Assembly (NCBI GenBank): GCA_963712115.1
Contig: CAVQGX010000020.1
Span: 64,001-128,000 of the forward strand
Reading direction: 5' to 3'
DNA: 64,000 nt
DNA from: an uncultured delta proteobacterium
GTDB taxonomy: Bacteria; Desulfobacterota; Syntrophobacteria; BM002
Each line of letters starts with the position of its first letter. The stretch's first letter is position 1. Positions 61,494 through 64,000 of this stretch are shown here, in pieces. A program made the translations under genes and the position numbers. Under the pieces are notes generated by a model, which was not told the origin of the DNA, searched no databases, and saw only the letters and a list, made by a program, of their open reading frames with translations.

Positions 61494-62684
61494 TTAAAAA
61501 TCTTTTCTCTTGTGTAGTACATCGTGATACACTTTTTCTGTCTGGGAAAGGATTGCATCTCTATTCAGATACTTTTCTGCAAAGCTCCGGCCGTTGACGC
61601 CGAACTGTTTTCTCAACTGGGCGTTTTTCAGCAATGAAATAATTCTATCCGCATATCCCTCCACATCATCCGGCGAGAGCATAAAGCCAGTTTCTCCCTC
61701 GCACACCAAATCCGAAACTCCTCCAACTCCACTGGCTATCACAGGTAGTCCCGCCCCCATTGCTTCCATTATAGCTATGCCCAAGCCTTCGTGTTCACTA
61801 CAATGGACCAACAAGTCTGCGATCCGCAACATCTGCAAAACCTGAGGATGAGGTACTGCACCATGGAAATGAACATGTTTTTTGATGCCGAGTTCTTCTG
61901 CCAACCTTTCTAAGGAAGAACGCAATGTGCCGTCTCCAGCGACCACGAGATGACAATCGCTATGAGTCCTAACCACCTTAACCATCGCCCGAAGAATTGT
62001 ATCAAGTCGTTTTGGGGGGGTTAGGTTGCCAATCCAAAGTAGACATTTACCGTATTTCTCACAGGATGAGACCCTCATCTTAGTCTGGTTTAACGCCTCT
62101 ACGTCGATGCCGACGGGACCAGGGATTATCTTAGCTTTGCCAGGTGGTAATCCTAAATCCAGAGCCAATTGCTCCAAGTATCTGCTTACAGGAAGGAGTA
62201 TATCAATGCGTTTCACCGTCCAGGAGGCAAGCAAACGCACCAACCGCTGTCGCGATGGTACATTAAGATCAGAGCCGGCTGCTGTGGCAACCACAGGTCG
62301 TCCTGTTAACCATCCTGCAATCGAACCAATAAGCCCACCTGGTACCACCCAGTAGGCATGAACCAGGTCAGCATTATGTTTCAAAACAGTTACGATGCAC
62401 TTAAAGATTCCCAGAACAATCAGCGAACCAAGAAGCAGAATCGGTGTTCCTCGCAACTGTCCCAGCTGTGTGCCTTTGCGCCAACCGTAGTACGCGTAGC
62501 GATGGACACAGACGTTATTCAAGAATTCTTCTTTTGCAGTGCCAGGCCGCATAGGGGTTACAACGTGGACTTCATGTCCGCGACGGGCAATTTCCACAGC
62601 CAGATCACGTACAAAGCCTCCCTTGTAGTCTTGCTCACCACGAGGAAAGAGATGTGAAACTATACAAATTCTATGTTTATCCAC
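61494..62684 (-). CDS. GT4 glycosyltransferase
   Basis: FP-GGFV, VHAYW-PGG, GSD and EGLGIAIMEAMGAGLPV motifs. Confidence 0.88.
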   Translation of the reverse strand: MDKHRICIVSHLFPRGEQDYKGGFVRDLAVEIARRGHEVHVVTPMRPGTAKEEFLNNVCVHRYAYYGWRKGTQLGQLRGTPILLLGSLIVLGIFKCIVTVLKHNADLVHAYWVVPGGLIGSIAGWLTGRPVVATAAGSDLNVPSRQRLVRLLASWTVKRIDILLPVSRYLEQLALDLGLPPGKAKIIPGPVGIDVEALNQTKMRVSSCEKYGKCLLWIGNLTPPKRLDTILRAMVKVVRTHSDCHLVVAGDGTLRSSLERLAEELGIKKHVHFHGAVPHPQVLQMLRIADLLVHCSEHEGLGIAIMEAMGAGLPVIASGVGGVSDLVCEGETGFMLSPDDVEGYADRIISLLKNAQLRKQFGVNGRSFAEKYLNRDAILSQTEKVYHDVLHKRKDF

Positions 62685-62807
62685 TATAGAAATCTTTTTC
62701 GTTTTTATTTTTAGACTTTACATGCAGGTATGATTAATTTTTTACCCGCCAAGTGTCTATATTGATTGTATTATTTTTATTAAGTCCCTTACTTTTGACA
62801 GTATTGA

Positions 62808-63812
62808 TCATTCCCTTATTTTGCTTAATAGGTTGATCTGTTTTTGTAATCTATGGACTTCCTTTCTGAGGTTGTTGTTCTGTATTGCTATAAAGGCAAA
62901 ACAGAAGAACTGGCTACCCACTAGCAGGAGTACGACCATCAACGGCAGCAGGGGCCGACTGGGATTCAAAGTGCCGAAATACCTAAGATAGACTATATAG
63001 CAGCCGATCAGAAAACCTGAGAGGATGAAAAAAATGCCGGTGATACCAAAAAGCAGAATAGGTCTTTCGAAAATCGAAAAAAGAAAGTGGGTGACAGACG
63101 TTTTTCTGAGCTCGAATTTCGATTTACCTGTTTTTCTGCTCGTCAGGGTTGCGGGCACTTCCTTCACCCTAAAACCTAAAGCACAAACCTTTGAGAGAAT
63201 CTCCAGATGGATTTCTTTGCCGTCGGATGCCAATTCCAGAGCCTGGAGGACTTCTCTCCTGTAGCCTCGCAGAATACAGGTTGAGGTTTTGAAAGACTGG
63301 GGAAAGGTGTACTCCAGGATTTTGTTGCCGACCTTACTTACCAGGAGACGCCAAGGGCTAACTCCCATAACTCGACCACCAACCATGTAGGCACTTCCCA
63401 AGACCACGTCGTTCATCTGATCTGAATCGTTGAGCTCTGCATAGATTTGTAAGATATGATCTGGGCTATAGGAAAGGTCAAAATCGATAGTGATAACGTA
63501 ACGGCCTCTGGCATGTTCAAATCCTGTTCGCAGAGCTTTTCCACGTCCACAATTTACCGGATAAGAAATAATTCGCAGGTTATCTATCTCTTTTGCCGCT
63601 TTACGAGCTATTTCAAGGGTATTATCGGTACTGCCGTCATCAACTAGCAAAAGTTCCCACGGCTTCTCAAAAGTACTCAATAATTCAGCAATATTTGAAA
63701 TGGTAGAGTTCACATTTTTTGCTTCATTGTACATGGGTGCTATTACTGTGAGTTCAATTTCAGCTGGGGGCCGGGGAGGATCATTCATGGAATTCTTATC
63801 TTGGCGAGTCAT
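62808..63812 (-). CDS. GT2, DPM/ArnC-like polyprenol-phosphate glycosyltransferase with two C-terminal TMs
   Basis: PMYNE, VDDGSTD, GRGKALRTG and DFDLSY motifs. Start uncertain (63788/63812). Confidence 0.85.
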   Translation of the reverse strand: MTRQDKNSMNDPPRPPAEIELTVIAPMYNEAKNVNSTISNIAELLSTFEKPWELLLVDDGSTDNTLEIARKAAKEIDNLRIISYPVNCGRGKALRTGFEHARGRYVITIDFDLSYSPDHILQIYAELNDSDQMNDVVLGSAYMVGGRVMGVSPWRLLVSKVGNKILEYTFPQSFKTSTCILRGYRREVLQALELASDGKEIHLEILSKVCALGFRVKEVPATLTSRKTGKSKFELRKTSVTHFLFSIFERPILLFGITGIFFILSGFLIGCYIVYLRYFGTLNPSRPLLPLMVVLLLVGSQFFCFAFIAIQNNNLRKEVHRLQKQINLLSKIRE

Positions 63813-63888
63813 CTTATTGTCCCTTATTTGAGGGTATTGACAAAAATCTATCATCCTTGACGGACCTATTTTACACTCATCCTGCATC

Positions 63889-64000
63889 CTAGGGTTTAGA
63901 GATAGAGTTTGATGGCGTAACGGTTTTTCCTGCCTGGTATAAAGCAATTTCCAGATTCTTTTGTGCCTGTGGATAGTCAGGCTTGATTTGAAGCGCTTTG
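63889..64000 (-). CDS. C-terminal end of another TPR protein (probably a fourth TMTC-like gene)
   Basis: Hand translation KALQIKPDYPQAQKNLEIALYQAGK...*, resembling the end of 58377-60476 (LKPGYVQARQNLDLAL). Confidence 0.7.
   Translation of the reverse strand, partial: KALQIKPDYPQAQKNLEIALYQAGKTVTPSNSISKP

Overview
Bacterial chromosomal window, most likely from a Desulfobacterota (deltaproteobacterial) genome or MAG; this is inferred from protein families, not from a search. Positions 1-4.5 kb are the damaged end of a surface-modification locus (glycosyltransferase-like gene, NoeA-like methyltransferase, NoeB/sulfatase-like gene). Positions 4.7-36.4 kb are core genes: a TetR-led futalosine menaquinone cluster, trpB2, a purH-like gene, an FG-GAP protein, a porin, serA, ispE-prs-rplY-pth, hppA, carD, PIN-TRAM, rluD, coaE and ppiD. 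Positions 37-64 kb hold a sigma54-type promoter, a Geobacter-type split pilin (short aromatic-rich PilA-N plus PilA-C-like gene), an xap-like ABC cassette and a large glycosylation island with three (probably four) TMTC-like GT-C/TPR genes. Most of the longer intergenic gaps in the core block contain hairpin elements built from degenerate 7/8/9-nt units, plus REP-like doublets and MITEs, some nested. One hairpin carries a four-helix-bundle (IVS/Avd-like) gene in its loop, and empty copies of the same hairpin occur elsewhere. Frameshifts are confined to surface/accessory genes and may be assembly errors. No rRNA, intact tRNA, CRISPR array or transposase was recognised. All calls were made by eye.
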